Of a stretch of 44,976 nt of DNA, positions 18,658 to 27,683 are shown in pieces. The position numbers were made by a program, and so were the translations under genes. The first letter of the stretch is position 1; each line of letters begins with the position of its first letter. Under the pieces are notes generated by a model. The model did no database searches, had not been told where the DNA came from, and saw only the letters and a list, made by a program, of their open reading frames with translations. Where the stretch lies: contig CAMZEW010000001.1 in assembly GCA_947305875.1 (NCBI GenBank), positions 1 through 44,976 on the forward strand, given 5' to 3'. This DNA comes from an uncultured Lachnoclostridium sp. (GTDB taxonomy: Bacteria > Bacillota > Clostridia > Lachnospirales > Lachnospiraceae).

Positions 18658-19893
18658 ATGTTGCAATGCGGTTTGCTCGGCGAGCACCTGTCGCACAGCT
18701 TCTCGCCCGCGATTCATGCGATGCTCGGGTCCTATTCATACGGGCTTTTTGAGAAAACCCCGGACGAAGTGGCCGGGTTTCTTAAGGACGGCAAATGGGA
18801 AGGCCTGAACGTCACGATTCCGTACAAAAAAACCGTCATTCCCTTCCTGAACGGACTCGGGGACGCGGCAGCGGAAATCGGAAGCGTCAATACGATTGTA
18901 AGAAAACCGGACGGAATGCTTTACGGCGATAATACCGACGCATATGGCTTCCGGAAAATGGTATCGCACTCAGGCATTGCTGTCGGAAACCGCAAGGTGC
19001 TTGTTCTGGGAAACGGCGGCGCCGCGGCATCGGTTTTATATGTGCTTAATAAGCTCGGCGCGAAGCCGGTTGTAATCAGCCGGAAGGGGCCGGATAATTA
19101 CGGGAATCTTGAAAAACATGCCGATGCGGAAGTGATTGTCAACACAACGCCGCTCGGAATGTACCCGAACAACGGGGAAAGCGCCCTGTCGCTTTCGCAT
19201 TTTCCGAAGTGTAACGGTGTTCTTGATTTGATTTATAATCCCGCGAGGACGGCGCTTCTTTTGGAGGCGGAAAGCCTCGGAATTCCTGTTGAGAACGGGC
19301 TTTATATGCTTGTCGCACAGGCGAAACGGAGCGCGGAGCTCTTTACGGGAGCGGAGATTAAGGATTCGGAGATTGACCGGATTTACGGGGTCCTTTCGAA
19401 GGAATTACAAAACATCGTTCTGATCGGGATGCCGGGATGCGGAAAGTCAACCGTAGCAAAACGGCTCGGAACGCTTACGGGACGGAAGGTTCTCGATTCG
19501 GACGAAGCGTTTACGAAAAAGTACGGGATGACTCCTGAAGATGCGATTCTTTCAAGGGGAGAGCCCGAATTCCGCCTTATGGAAACCGAAGTGCTTAAGG
19601 AACTCGGAAAGCAATCGGGAATCGTCCTTTCGACCGGCGGCGGAGTGGTGACAAGAGAAGAAAACTTTCCGCTTCTTCACCAAAACGGCGTTCTTGTATG
19701 GCTTCAGAGGGATGTTTCAAAGCTCGAAACGGCGCACAGGCCGCTTTCCATGAAGCGGACGCCCGCGGAGATTTATGCCGAGCGGAAGCCGATGTATGAA
19801 CGGTTTTCCGACCTTTCGGTACCGGTTACCGGGGAGGACGGAGAAGAAACCGCGGAACGGATTTTAGATAGTTTGGAGATAGATTTTTCATGA
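18658..19893 (+). CDS. aroE: Shikimate dehydrogenase / shikimate kinase fusion protein
   Basis: The N-terminal part reads SHSFSPAIHAML...NVTIPYK...NTD, matching AroE. The C-terminal part has the Walker A motif IGMPGCGKSTVAKRLG, matching AroK. Confidence 0.88.
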   Translation: MLQCGLLGEHLSHSFSPAIHAMLGSYSYGLFEKTPDEVAGFLKDGKWEGLNVTIPYKKTVIPFLNGLGDAAAEIGSVNTIVRKPDGMLYGDNTDAYGFRKMVSHSGIAVGNRKVLVLGNGGAAASVLYVLNKLGAKPVVISRKGPDNYGNLEKHADAEVIVNTTPLGMYPNNGESALSLSHFPKCNGVLDLIYNPARTALLLEAESLGIPVENGLYMLVAQAKRSAELFTGAEIKDSEIDRIYGVLSKELQNIVLIGMPGCGKSTVAKRLGTLTGRKVLDSDEAFTKKYGMTPEDAILSRGEPEFRLMETEVLKELGKQSGIVLSTGGGVVTREENFPLLHQNGVLVWLQRDVSKLETAHRPLSMKRTPAEIYAERKPMYERFSDLSVPVTGEDGEETAERILDSLEIDFS

Positions 19894-20336
19894 AGGTTTT
19901 AGTCATTAACGGACCGAATATCAACATGCTCGGCATCCGCGAGCCCGGTATCTACGGCGCACAGACCTATGCGGATCTGCTCGAATTTATTAAATCGTCG
20001 GCGGACGGGCTCGGAATCGAAGCGGACTGCTTCCAGAGCAACCACGAGGGCGACCTTGTAGACCGAATTCAGGCGGCTTACGGCGTCTATGACGGAATCG
20101 TCATCAATCCGGCGGCCTATACGCATACGAGCGTGGCGATTCTTGACGCATTGAAGGCGGTTTCGATTCCGGCCGTTGAAGTGCATATCTCAAAGGTATC
20201 GGAAAGAGAATCGTTCCGGCAGATATCCTACGCCGGAATGGCCTGTAAAAAGACCTTTGCTGGCTACGGTTTCGAAGGCTACCGGATGGCGCTTCGGTTC
20301 CTTTTCGAGGATGCTTCGGAAAGCGCACGGAAATAG
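19890..20336 (+). CDS. aroQ: Type II 3-dehydroquinate dehydratase
   Basis: Contains INGPNINMLGIREPGIYG, SNHEG and INPAAYTHTS. The start overlaps the preceding stop (ATGA). Confidence 0.93.
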   Translation: MKVLVINGPNINMLGIREPGIYGAQTYADLLEFIKSSADGLGIEADCFQSNHEGDLVDRIQAAYGVYDGIVINPAAYTHTSVAILDALKAVSIPAVEVHISKVSERESFRQISYAGMACKKTFAGYGFEGYRMALRFLFEDASESARK

Positions 20337-20346
20337 GCAGTTTACA

Positions 20347-20375
20347 TTGACAAAACAGTTCTTTCGTGGTAAAAA
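20347..20375 (+). promoter_or_regulatory. Putative sigma-A promoter (TTGACA-17 nt-TAAAAA)
   Basis: Perfect -35 hexamer and a weak -10, 37 nt upstream of the TTG start at 20412. Confidence 0.45.
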
Positions 20376-20411
20376 GGATAAGTACTGAAAATCCGTTTTT
20401 GTGGGGCCGTT

Positions 20412-21584
20412 TTGAAGAAAACCAGAAAGAAACTGAATTATTTTTTCCAGATATCCTTTATCGTGGTGATGACCGCGGTCATTCTCTATCTGATGTTCCG
20501 CGGCCGCGATGCAAAACGGATTATTCATTGTCTTAGAAATGCAAAGAAACAGTGGGTATTGCTCGGTGCTTCCCTGATGATTCTGTTCATCTTCATCGAG
20601 TCGGTACAACTGAAGGTCATGTTCGACGGAATGAAGCAGAAGATCAGCCTCTGGAGGTGTTTTCTGCTTTCGAACGTCGAGTATTTTTTTGCCCAGATCA
20701 CGCCCGGAGCGGCCGGCGGACAGCCGATTCAGATGGTCTACATGACGCGGTTCGGCGTGGACGTCCTGGTCGGCGCGCTTGCCTGTATGATGATTGCGGT
20801 CTGGTATAAGGCGGCATTTCTGACCATCTTCCTGATTGCGCTGATCTTCCGCCCTGAGCTGGTGCTTTCTTCGATCCGCAAGGTGCCGATACTTTTTTCC
20901 ATCGGCGTTTTGTTCCAGCTGATTTCCATCTTCTTTTTGTGGATCGGAATCTTCCGTCCGAAGGCTGCTTCCGCGCTCGTTGACAAAATAATCAATATCG
21001 GTGCGAAAATCCGGCTTGTGAAAGACCCGGAGGCATCGAAAAGAAAAGCGCAGGCGTCGATTTCGATGTATCACTACGGCTCGGGATATCTGCGCGACAA
21101 CAAATGGGTCGTCTTCCGGCTGTTCTTATACACGGTCGTGCAGAGACTCGCGTTCTTCTCGGTCACATTTTGCGTCGCGAAAGCACTCGGCGTAAGGCAT
21201 GTGGACTGGCTGAGCGTCGTTGCGGTCCAGGCGATTCTGTCGCTTTCGGTTGACATGCTTCCGATTCCCGGCGCGGCAGGTGCCAACGAGCTTGTGTTTG
21301 TGAATCTGCAGCGGAGACTGTTCGCACCCGAAGTGATGGGCGCCGGACTGCTTTTAAACCGCGGAATCACGTATTATTTCCTGATGATTTCCTGCGGCGT
21401 ATTCACGGTTCTTGCGAATTTCGCGCTTGGGCGCGCAAGAAAAGAGGACCCTCCGGAAGAGCCGCCGGTGAAAGGGCTTGCGAACGCCGAGAAGCAGGTG
21501 GAAGAGGAGTTTGAGCGAGCGATAGCGAAGACCGAAGAACTGACGCGGATTGAGGAAGTCAACCGGGAAGGCTTCCGGGCATGA
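20412..21584 (+). CDS. Flippase-like / lysylphosphatidylglycerol-synthase TM-region family (UPF0104) membrane protein
   Basis: Multi-TM protein with the family-typical FFAQITPGAAGGQPIQ and DMLPIPGAAGANE motifs. TTG start with a weak SD. Confidence 0.75.
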   Translation: MKKTRKKLNYFFQISFIVVMTAVILYLMFRGRDAKRIIHCLRNAKKQWVLLGASLMILFIFIESVQLKVMFDGMKQKISLWRCFLLSNVEYFFAQITPGAAGGQPIQMVYMTRFGVDVLVGALACMMIAVWYKAAFLTIFLIALIFRPELVLSSIRKVPILFSIGVLFQLISIFFLWIGIFRPKAASALVDKIINIGAKIRLVKDPEASKRKAQASISMYHYGSGYLRDNKWVVFRLFLYTVVQRLAFFSVTFCVAKALGVRHVDWLSVVAVQAILSLSVDMLPIPGAAGANELVFVNLQRRLFAPEVMGAGLLLNRGITYYFLMISCGVFTVLANFALGRARKEDPPEEPPVKGLANAEKQVEEEFERAIAKTEELTRIEEVNREGFRA

Positions 21585-21638
21585 AAAAAGAACAGCGCGG
21601 GCAGAAAGGAAAGCCCGCACCGGAATAAGACAAGAGAA

Positions 21639-21675
21639 AGCGGCCTGCCCGTAAGAGCAGACCGCTAATTTTTTT
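21639..21675. terminator. Rho-independent terminator between convergent genes
   Basis: Stem AGCGGCCTG / CAGACCGCT with one mismatch, followed by AATTTTTTT. Confidence 0.65.
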
Positions 21676-21679
21676 AGAA

Positions 21680-23113
21680 TCAATCGAACGGTTCGAAGGT
21701 GACGCAGGTCGCGGGATCTCCGTCCGGCGTAACGACGTAGGCATCGTAATAAGTGTTGCCGTCGTTACCGGTGTAGGATTCCACATGCCTCACGCCGCCG
21801 CCGAGAAGCGTATGGTCGTCAAGGAAGCAGATCGGATGGTCAAGCGTCGTTCCTTCAATGAAGATGGCGCTTGTGCTTCCGTTGATTTCAATGTCTGCGC
21901 CGCGTTCCACAAGGATGGCGCTCGGGCTGCCCTCGGCCTCCAAAACCAGACCGTAAGCCTGGGACATATCCTCATTCACGGTTAAGAATCCGTCTCCGGT
22001 AAATGTGACGGAACCCGCGTAGCAGGCGCCCCAGATTATCATATATCCGATATGGTTCTCCCCGATGAGTTCAATCGTAAAGCTGTTGCCCATCAGGTTC
22101 GTGTTGATACATTCGGCGGTACAGTTATTGAGTGTCAGCGTGTTCGTAATCCGGTTGTAAGTGGCTCCCGGAACATCCATTAAAGACTGACTGTACGGCG
22201 GTTTGCCCCATACCGCGCCCATCTCAAGATAGTGGTTTTGGCTGTCGCCTTCGAGCGTCAAGAAGATATATTGTTCGGGATCCACGCCGTTCCATGCGTA
22301 CTTTCCTTCGAAATCCGGATCCAGGTTCGGAAGCTTCGGAAGCGTGGCGTCTCCGAATTCATAGTAGCCTTCGCCGTGGCTTCGAAGCCATGCGTCGCAA
22401 TAGATATCCTCCTGATAAACGGCATAAATCTCACCGCTCAGAACCTGTATCGACGAAGGCTCGGAAAGCGAACCGGAATACTCGCAGTCATCACTTAACT
22501 CATACCCGAGGAAGCTCGTGCTTCTCGAAGACTCCGGCAGGAACCTCGGGTTTCCGCCCCAGGTCTTAAGCCATGCGCGGACTTCGTCGAGCGCTTCCTG
22601 CTCGGTATCGCATTGCGAAGACGTAAAATGATAATCGGGTTCGTTGTCCGCATGCATCACGTAACGCGTCACATTTACCGCACCCGCAACAGAGCCTTCC
22701 GGCAGATCGATTAACGCCGGAGTCGGTTCCGGAGTGGGCGTTTCGGTCGGCGTCGGGGTCGGCGTGTCAGCGGCGACAACTTTCGGAAGAGAGAAGCCTT
22801 CCGATTCAGACCCGTTCAGCACGTCGTTTCCGAGCGGATCGTATCCGGAGGCCGCGAAGAAAAGGCTAACGGCCGCAACGCCCGCAGCAACGGGCACGGC
22901 GGCGCTTCGAAGCAGCTTCCGAAGCAGATTCCGGTCAGCCGGCTTCTTCTCGTTATCCTCGGAAACCGGACGGAGTTCGGCAAATTCTTCCGGAAGAGCA
23001 GTCACTTCCGGCGTCATCGCAGGGTATTCCGGTGCCGGCATCGCAATCTCCGGGGGGATCGGAGATTCTTCCGGCGGTCGATTGTATTCTTCCGGCAGAC
23101 GGTTAAATTCCAT
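21680..23113 (-). CDS. Hypothetical single-pass membrane protein with a Pro/Glu-rich N-terminus, a Pro/Thr linker and a roughly 330-aa extracytoplasmic domain
   Basis: AGGGGAGGA SD. TM segment AAVPVAAGVAAVSLFFAA and linker TPTPTPTETPTPEPTP. I recognise no family. Confidence 0.7.
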   Translation of the reverse strand: MEFNRLPEEYNRPPEESPIPPEIAMPAPEYPAMTPEVTALPEEFAELRPVSEDNEKKPADRNLLRKLLRSAAVPVAAGVAAVSLFFAASGYDPLGNDVLNGSESEGFSLPKVVAADTPTPTPTETPTPEPTPALIDLPEGSVAGAVNVTRYVMHADNEPDYHFTSSQCDTEQEALDEVRAWLKTWGGNPRFLPESSRSTSFLGYELSDDCEYSGSLSEPSSIQVLSGEIYAVYQEDIYCDAWLRSHGEGYYEFGDATLPKLPNLDPDFEGKYAWNGVDPEQYIFLTLEGDSQNHYLEMGAVWGKPPYSQSLMDVPGATYNRITNTLTLNNCTAECINTNLMGNSFTIELIGENHIGYMIIWGACYAGSVTFTGDGFLTVNEDMSQAYGLVLEAEGSPSAILVERGADIEINGSTSAIFIEGTTLDHPICFLDDHTLLGGGVRHVESYTGNDGNTYYDAYVVTPDGDPATCVTFEPFD

Positions 23114-23152
23114 ACCATCCTCCCCTTTCAGTAAATAAGCCTAAGGCGTGTG

Positions 23153-24046
23153 TCATTTGTCCAAATGCACATCCATCTGCGGGTAAGGGCACTCCACACC
23201 GAGTTTGCGGAAGCCGAGCAGCAGGTCGTGATTCAGAAGACGGGCGCCCGAATAGATATCCTTCTCGTCGACATTTACAACGAAGCGGAGCACTACGGCG
23301 CTGTCCGCAAGCTCCTGCACGCCGAGATAACGCGGCGCTTCCTTCATCACGTCGGTATGCGCGGCGAAAATCTCATTCATCAGCTTCGGAAGCTGGGACT
23401 CGAGCTTCTCAAGATCGGTCGGGTAAGGAACCGCGATGTCGCTGATGCTTCGGGACATCTTATCGGAGCGGTTCAGAATATTCTGCATCGCGGAATTGTT
23501 GACAATCTTCACGTTTCCGCCGGGATCGGTAATGCTCGTGGTACGGATTCCGATGTTCGTAACGGTACCGCGGAAGCCGCCGACTTCAACGATGTCGCCG
23601 ACGTTATACTGATTCTCAAACAGCATGAACGTTCCGGTCACGACATCGGCAATCAGGCTCTCGGCACTGAAGCCGATTACCAGGGCTAAGATTCCGACGC
23701 TTGCAACGATAGTCGAAATGTTGCAGCCGAGAATCGAAAGGCCCCAGCAGAGAATCACTATCGCGGTGATGTATTTCAGCATGCTGGAAACGATGGAAAG
23801 AACCGAACGCGCACGGTGGTTCTCCGGCTCGAACAGCCCCAGCACGAAAACGAGGAGCGTCTCGATGAACAGCACAAAGCAAACCATGCACAACAGATAC
23901 AGAAGCCGGATGGCCTGGAAACTGCCGAACGCCTCCTCCAGGTTGTCAAAATCGATATAGTCGCCGATCAGACCGACGGCAAATGCCACGGCGAAGATGG
24001 CGAACAGTACGATCAGACGGATAAACACTCTTTTGTTATCTTTCAT
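23153..24046 (-). CDS. Small-conductance mechanosensitive channel (MscS family)
   Basis: Contains FSAESLIADVVTGTFMLFENQYNVGDIVEVGGFRGTVTNIGIRTT. The start at 24046 is chosen for its AAGGAGG SD; the ORF-track start is 24196. Confidence 0.88.
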   Translation of the reverse strand: MKDNKRVFIRLIVLFAIFAVAFAVGLIGDYIDFDNLEEAFGSFQAIRLLYLLCMVCFVLFIETLLVFVLGLFEPENHRARSVLSIVSSMLKYITAIVILCWGLSILGCNISTIVASVGILALVIGFSAESLIADVVTGTFMLFENQYNVGDIVEVGGFRGTVTNIGIRTTSITDPGGNVKIVNNSAMQNILNRSDKMSRSISDIAVPYPTDLEKLESQLPKLMNEIFAAHTDVMKEAPRYLGVQELADSAVVLRFVVNVDEKDIYSGARLLNHDLLLGFRKLGVECPYPQMDVHLDK

Positions 24047-24082
24047 ACAAAAACCTCCTTTTGTAAGGATTCTGATAACTTC

Positions 24083-24111
24083 AGTATACGGCAACCAAAC
24101 AGGCGCTTCAA
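24083..24111 (-). promoter_or_regulatory. Putative sigma-A promoter for the MscS gene (TTGAAG-17 nt-TATACT on the minus strand)
   Basis: Hexamers and spacing were read on the reverse complement. The site lies downstream of the CE15 terminator. Confidence 0.5.
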
Positions 24112-24160
24112 GGGTTTCCGAAGTACCTCGCGGGAAGAAATTCGGAAAACCCCGAAACGC

Positions 24161-24192
24161 AAAAAAATGTTGCTTTTTCGGCAACATTTTTT
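24161..24192 (-). terminator. Rho-independent terminator after the CE15 gene
   Basis: ATGTTGC-loop-GCAACAT flanked by an A-run and a T-run. The minus strand reads ...GCAACATTTTTTT. Confidence 0.75.
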
Positions 24193-24223
24193 GCATTTCT
24201 TCGTATAAATGAGGTGCTTTCGT

Positions 24224-25399
24224 CTAATCGGTATTGCAGGGAAGCGCAAAAACGGAAGTCTTAAGGGCGTCGAAATCGACCGGAACATCGAGGCCTCGGA
24301 TCATCCGGTCGAAGTACGGAAGCATCACGCGGAAGTCTTCTTCAAGAACGGCGTGGCCTTCGCGGTGGAAGTTACAGGCAATCCGGTCGGATAAACCGAG
24401 GAAATCAAAAAGCTTCTTCGCTTCTAAGAAGCATTGCCACATGGACGGGGCGTTGACCCAGTCCTCTGCGGTGCAGGAGCCGATCACGAAGAAGGTGCGG
24501 TCCGGCGCGGCGCTCAGTGCGGCCAGCTCGTACTGTTCAACCGGAAGGGAGTCCGGAGTCGGATAACTTAGGAATGTGTCGTTGAACCAGCCCCGTTCGC
24601 TTTCGGACTGCAGGCAGTCAAGCGGCTCGTTCTTCTGGTAGGTGTAAGTTTCGGAAGCGCCGAGCGAAGAGAAATCATAGGTCTTTCCTTCGGACTGATA
24701 GCGGTACAGCGCCAGTCCGCCGGCCCCGCTGCAGGACGGAACAACCATCCGGAAACGGGGATCGAAGGCGCCTGCGACCGCGGTCGCTTTGCCGTAGCGG
24801 GACACGCCCGTGACAATCGAAAGCGAAGGATTCAGCCCAAGTTCCTTCCCAAGCCCGCCTATAACCGAGTCGAGAATCTTCGAAAGCCCCCATGCCCACG
24901 CCATCAATACGCCGGTCTGTGATTCCGGAGCGTCCGTATACGGATAAATGTCATAAAAGCTTCCGAGATGTTTCGTATCGTCCGAAGCGACAAGGCTTGA
25001 GTTGTTCGCAAACACCGCATATCCGCGCTCTAACGCTTCTTTCATCGACGGAAGCCCGTGCATGCTGATAACAAACGGGTAGCCGCCCTCGGGCATCGGA
25101 ACCCGATCGGGGTCCGGCAGGAAAACCGGAAGTGACCACGAAGTGCTCCGCCCGTCCTTCGATACGGTCAAAGTGAGGTTCTTCGCGCCTTCCGCGGGAA
25201 TTGTCCCGAAGAACGAAATCATCACAGCGCCCTCGTCGGAAACCGACCAGGAAACCTCCTCGCCGCTCCGCCACATTCCGTACATGGTGCGCTGATACAG
25301 TTCGCGGAGTTCCGCCGCGCGGAGCTCCCAGTCGGCAGGCGTTTTCACGCTCCGCCCGTCCTCGAATGTGAATATGTCAGGCCATTTGTCTCGATTCAT
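24224..25399 (-). CDS. Glucuronoyl esterase, carbohydrate esterase family 15 (no signal peptide visible)
   Basis: The nucleophile motif GVSRYGK is a variant of the CE15 G-C-S-R-x-G-K. The N-terminus WPDIFTFEDGRSVKTPADWELRAAELRELYQRTMYG matches the CE15 pattern. The start at 25399 has a GGAGAGGG SD. Confidence 0.75.
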   Translation of the reverse strand: MNRDKWPDIFTFEDGRSVKTPADWELRAAELRELYQRTMYGMWRSGEEVSWSVSDEGAVMISFFGTIPAEGAKNLTLTVSKDGRSTSWSLPVFLPDPDRVPMPEGGYPFVISMHGLPSMKEALERGYAVFANNSSLVASDDTKHLGSFYDIYPYTDAPESQTGVLMAWAWGLSKILDSVIGGLGKELGLNPSLSIVTGVSRYGKATAVAGAFDPRFRMVVPSCSGAGGLALYRYQSEGKTYDFSSLGASETYTYQKNEPLDCLQSESERGWFNDTFLSYPTPDSLPVEQYELAALSAAPDRTFFVIGSCTAEDWVNAPSMWQCFLEAKKLFDFLGLSDRIACNFHREGHAVLEEDFRVMLPYFDRMIRGLDVPVDFDALKTSVFALPCNTD

Positions 25400-25517
25400 A
25401 AAACCCTCTCCGATCTTGCTTTTTCCACCAGTATAGCGAAAACGGAAGGATCGTGCAATCGTAAATGACAAAAATCCTTACATTTTTCGGAGCGTAAAAA
25501 TCGCCCTTGACGGATTC

Positions 25518-25546
25518 TTGTTCCGCGCGGGGTTTCATGCTATAAT
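25518..25546 (+). promoter_or_regulatory. Putative sigma-A promoter (TTGTTC-17 nt-TATAAT)
   Basis: Perfect -10 hexamer with 17-nt spacing, 80 nt upstream of the ATG at 25627. Confidence 0.5.
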
Positions 25547-25626
25547 TTATTCGGTGGCAATTGTGCCGGGGAGAAGGCGTATGCCGAAATAAGAAGGAGG
25601 GGGCAGTCGGGTCTGCCGAAGAAGGT

Positions 25627-26079
25627 ATGGATTATTCGAAGATTAAAGAAGAATTTGCAAAGAACGGACAGGAGTTTCCGGATTCTTTGGTTGGGGAAGG
25701 CCTTAGTGAGGAGCAGAAGCTTGAAATCAATCCGTGCGGAACGTTCTGCGGCAAATGTGATGACTACGGCGTAACCTGCGACGGCTGCCGGAACCGCGGA
25801 GGATGTCCGCTCTGGTACCAGATGTTCGGCAATACGACGCCGTGTCCGTATTCGGTATGCTGCGCAAAGAAGGGCATTCATGACTGTTCGCAGTGTAAGG
25901 AACTGCCGTGCGAGGAGTATTTCTCGTATCCGGATCCGGACATGTCCATCGATTATAAGCAGTGGTGGTTCAAGCTTCGCATGAACAACCTGAAGAAGAG
26001 CAATCCGGACTGCAAGGTGGAGGTTTACGACACCTACGAAGAGAACGTAATCCGTTATCTCGGAGAGAAAAAGAAATAG
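25627..26079 (+). CDS. Cys-rich DUF3795-like protein
   Basis: Contains CGTFCGKCDDYGVTCDGCR...CPYSVCCAKKGIHDCSQCKELPCEEY. The start is an internal ATG. The family name is recalled from memory. Confidence 0.7.
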   Translation: MDYSKIKEEFAKNGQEFPDSLVGEGLSEEQKLEINPCGTFCGKCDDYGVTCDGCRNRGGCPLWYQMFGNTTPCPYSVCCAKKGIHDCSQCKELPCEEYFSYPDPDMSIDYKQWWFKLRMNNLKKSNPDCKVEVYDTYEENVIRYLGEKKK

Positions 26080-26092
26080 ATTTTGCGACTGC

Positions 26093-26126
26093 GGGTCGGG
26101 AGAATGCCTCCCGGCCCTTATTTTTT
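26093..26126 (+). terminator. Rho-independent terminator
   Basis: GGGTCGGGAG-aatgc-CTCCCGGCCC followed by TTATTTTTT. Confidence 0.75.
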
Positions 26127-26198
26127 CGGCGAAGTCTTTTCATTTAACGCATAGTGTGATATAATCCTTTTACAATTTTGTCAAATAGGGGGAAATCA

Positions 26199-27203
26199 AT
26201 GAAGAAACCGTTCCCGATAGGGGCAATAATCTTCGGCGTTCTGCTTTGCGCATTCACGACGTATGTGATGCTTGACATGTTCGTCATCGTGCGTCCGATG
26301 CAGACCAACGCGACCGAGATGAATCTTGCGCTTTTTGAGAATGTTGCGACACCGACCGATACGCCGACACCTACGCCGGTTACGGTGAAGGATCCCGATG
26401 CCACTCCGACGCCGGAAGTAACAAGCACGCCGACGCCGACACCTACGCCGTCGATGTTCTCGGAGAAGGTGGTTTCGACCGATACGTTCTATTCGAACGA
26501 CCATATGGCGATTCAGATCAGCGAGTACCGGGAGCACAACACGCAGATTCACGTGGCGGAAGTGTGGGTAAGTTCGCCGCAGTATATTTACACGGCATTT
26601 GCCCAGGATGCGTTCGGTCGTAACGTTTACGATACCACTTCGAATATGGCGAAAGCCAAGGGTGCCGTTTTCGCAATCAACGGAGACAATTACGGCTCCC
26701 GCGAGGGCGGCTACGTAATCCGGAACGGCATCCTGTACCGTTCGAAGAAATACCAGCAGACTTCCCGCGACGTTCTGTGCCTGATGGCCAACGGCGAGTT
26801 CGTATTCAGCAGCTGCTATCTGGCGACGGCCGACGATCTTTTAGAGCTCGGAACCTGGCAGGCATGGACGTTCGGTCCGGTTCTTGTAGATGACTATGAA
26901 ATCAAGGTTGACGTGAACTCGGAAGTGGACCTGTGCTTCGTAACCAATCCGAGAACCGCAATCGGCTTGATTGAGCCGCTTCACTATGTATTCCTCGTTG
27001 CGGACGGCCGCACCGAGAAGAGCCACGGACTGTCGCTTTATCAGGTTGCGGACTTTATGAAGCGTTACGGCTGCAAGGACGTTTACAATCTGGACGGCGG
27101 CGGATCTTCGACGATGGTTTTCCAGGGTAAGATTATCAATTTCCCGACCTCTTACGGTTCCTGGTACGAGAAGGAGGTGACGGATATTGTATACATGCGC
27201 TAA
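26199..27203 (+). CDS. Phosphodiester glycosidase family protein (DUF2233/NAGPA-like), membrane-anchored with a Pro/Thr linker
   Basis: Contains AINGDNYG and NLDGGGSSTM. N-terminal TM segment. AGGGGGA SD before the ATG at 26199. An extended -10 (TGATATAAT) lies at 26157-26165. Confidence 0.8.
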   Translation: MKKPFPIGAIIFGVLLCAFTTYVMLDMFVIVRPMQTNATEMNLALFENVATPTDTPTPTPVTVKDPDATPTPEVTSTPTPTPTPSMFSEKVVSTDTFYSNDHMAIQISEYREHNTQIHVAEVWVSSPQYIYTAFAQDAFGRNVYDTTSNMAKAKGAVFAINGDNYGSREGGYVIRNGILYRSKKYQQTSRDVLCLMANGEFVFSSCYLATADDLLELGTWQAWTFGPVLVDDYEIKVDVNSEVDLCFVTNPRTAIGLIEPLHYVFLVADGRTEKSHGLSLYQVADFMKRYGCKDVYNLDGGGSSTMVFQGKIINFPTSYGSWYEKEVTDIVYMR

Positions 27204-27654
27204 GGCATTACGCCTGCAGTGGAAGATTTTCCTCGGTACGACCATCTTCGTCGGAATCTTCTCCGCTGTTTACGAACACTACAGTCACGGAATACGCTCC
27301 AAATCGATGATTTTCGCATTCCTGTATCCTCTGCTTCTCGGGCTTGTTCCGATTGTCGGGCTTGCTTATCTCAGTGTGATGAAGAAGATTGCCTACCGCG
27401 GCGGAATCCGTCTCGGAATCAATCTGTTCTATGCCGGGATCGCAACGCTTACGATGGGTTCCATCGCAAGAGGCGTTATTGAGATATACGGAACGACCAA
27501 TCATCTGACGAAATACTATACGTACGCAGGTGTTCCGCTTCTGTGCGTCGGATTTGTGCTCACGGTTGTTTTCCTTGTGAAGGCAATCATGAACGTTGAG
27601 AAGAAGGATGAAGACGACATCGATGAGGAAGATGTTCTGATTCTGTCGGAATAA
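27187..27654 (+). CDS. Hypothetical polytopic membrane protein with an acidic C-terminal tail
   Basis: Four hydrophobic segments. The TTG start overlaps the upstream gene by 17 nt, so the start is uncertain. Confidence 0.55.
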   Translation: MYTCAKALRLQWKIFLGTTIFVGIFSAVYEHYSHGIRSKSMIFAFLYPLLLGLVPIVGLAYLSVMKKIAYRGGIRLGINLFYAGIATLTMGSIARGVIEIYGTTNHLTKYYTYAGVPLLCVGFVLTVVFLVKAIMNVEKKDEDDIDEEDVLILSE

Positions 27655-27683
27655 GGCATCGCAACTTGCGAAAAGGAGGGTTT

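Noticed and set aside
21597-21618. The hairpin GCGGGC-N10-GCCCGC right after the LPG-synthase-like gene, considered as a terminator.
   Set aside because: No T-run follows it. The hairpin at 21639-21675 with seven T residues is the better terminator.
22700-22760. Recurrent (Thr-Pro)n / (Pro-Thr)n DNA stretches in three genes (about 22700-22760, 26350-26450 and 44520-44550) as possible dispersed repeats.
   Set aside because: They are short, in-frame linker-coding low-complexity segments typical of extracytoplasmic Firmicute proteins. They are not a mobile or regulatory repeat.
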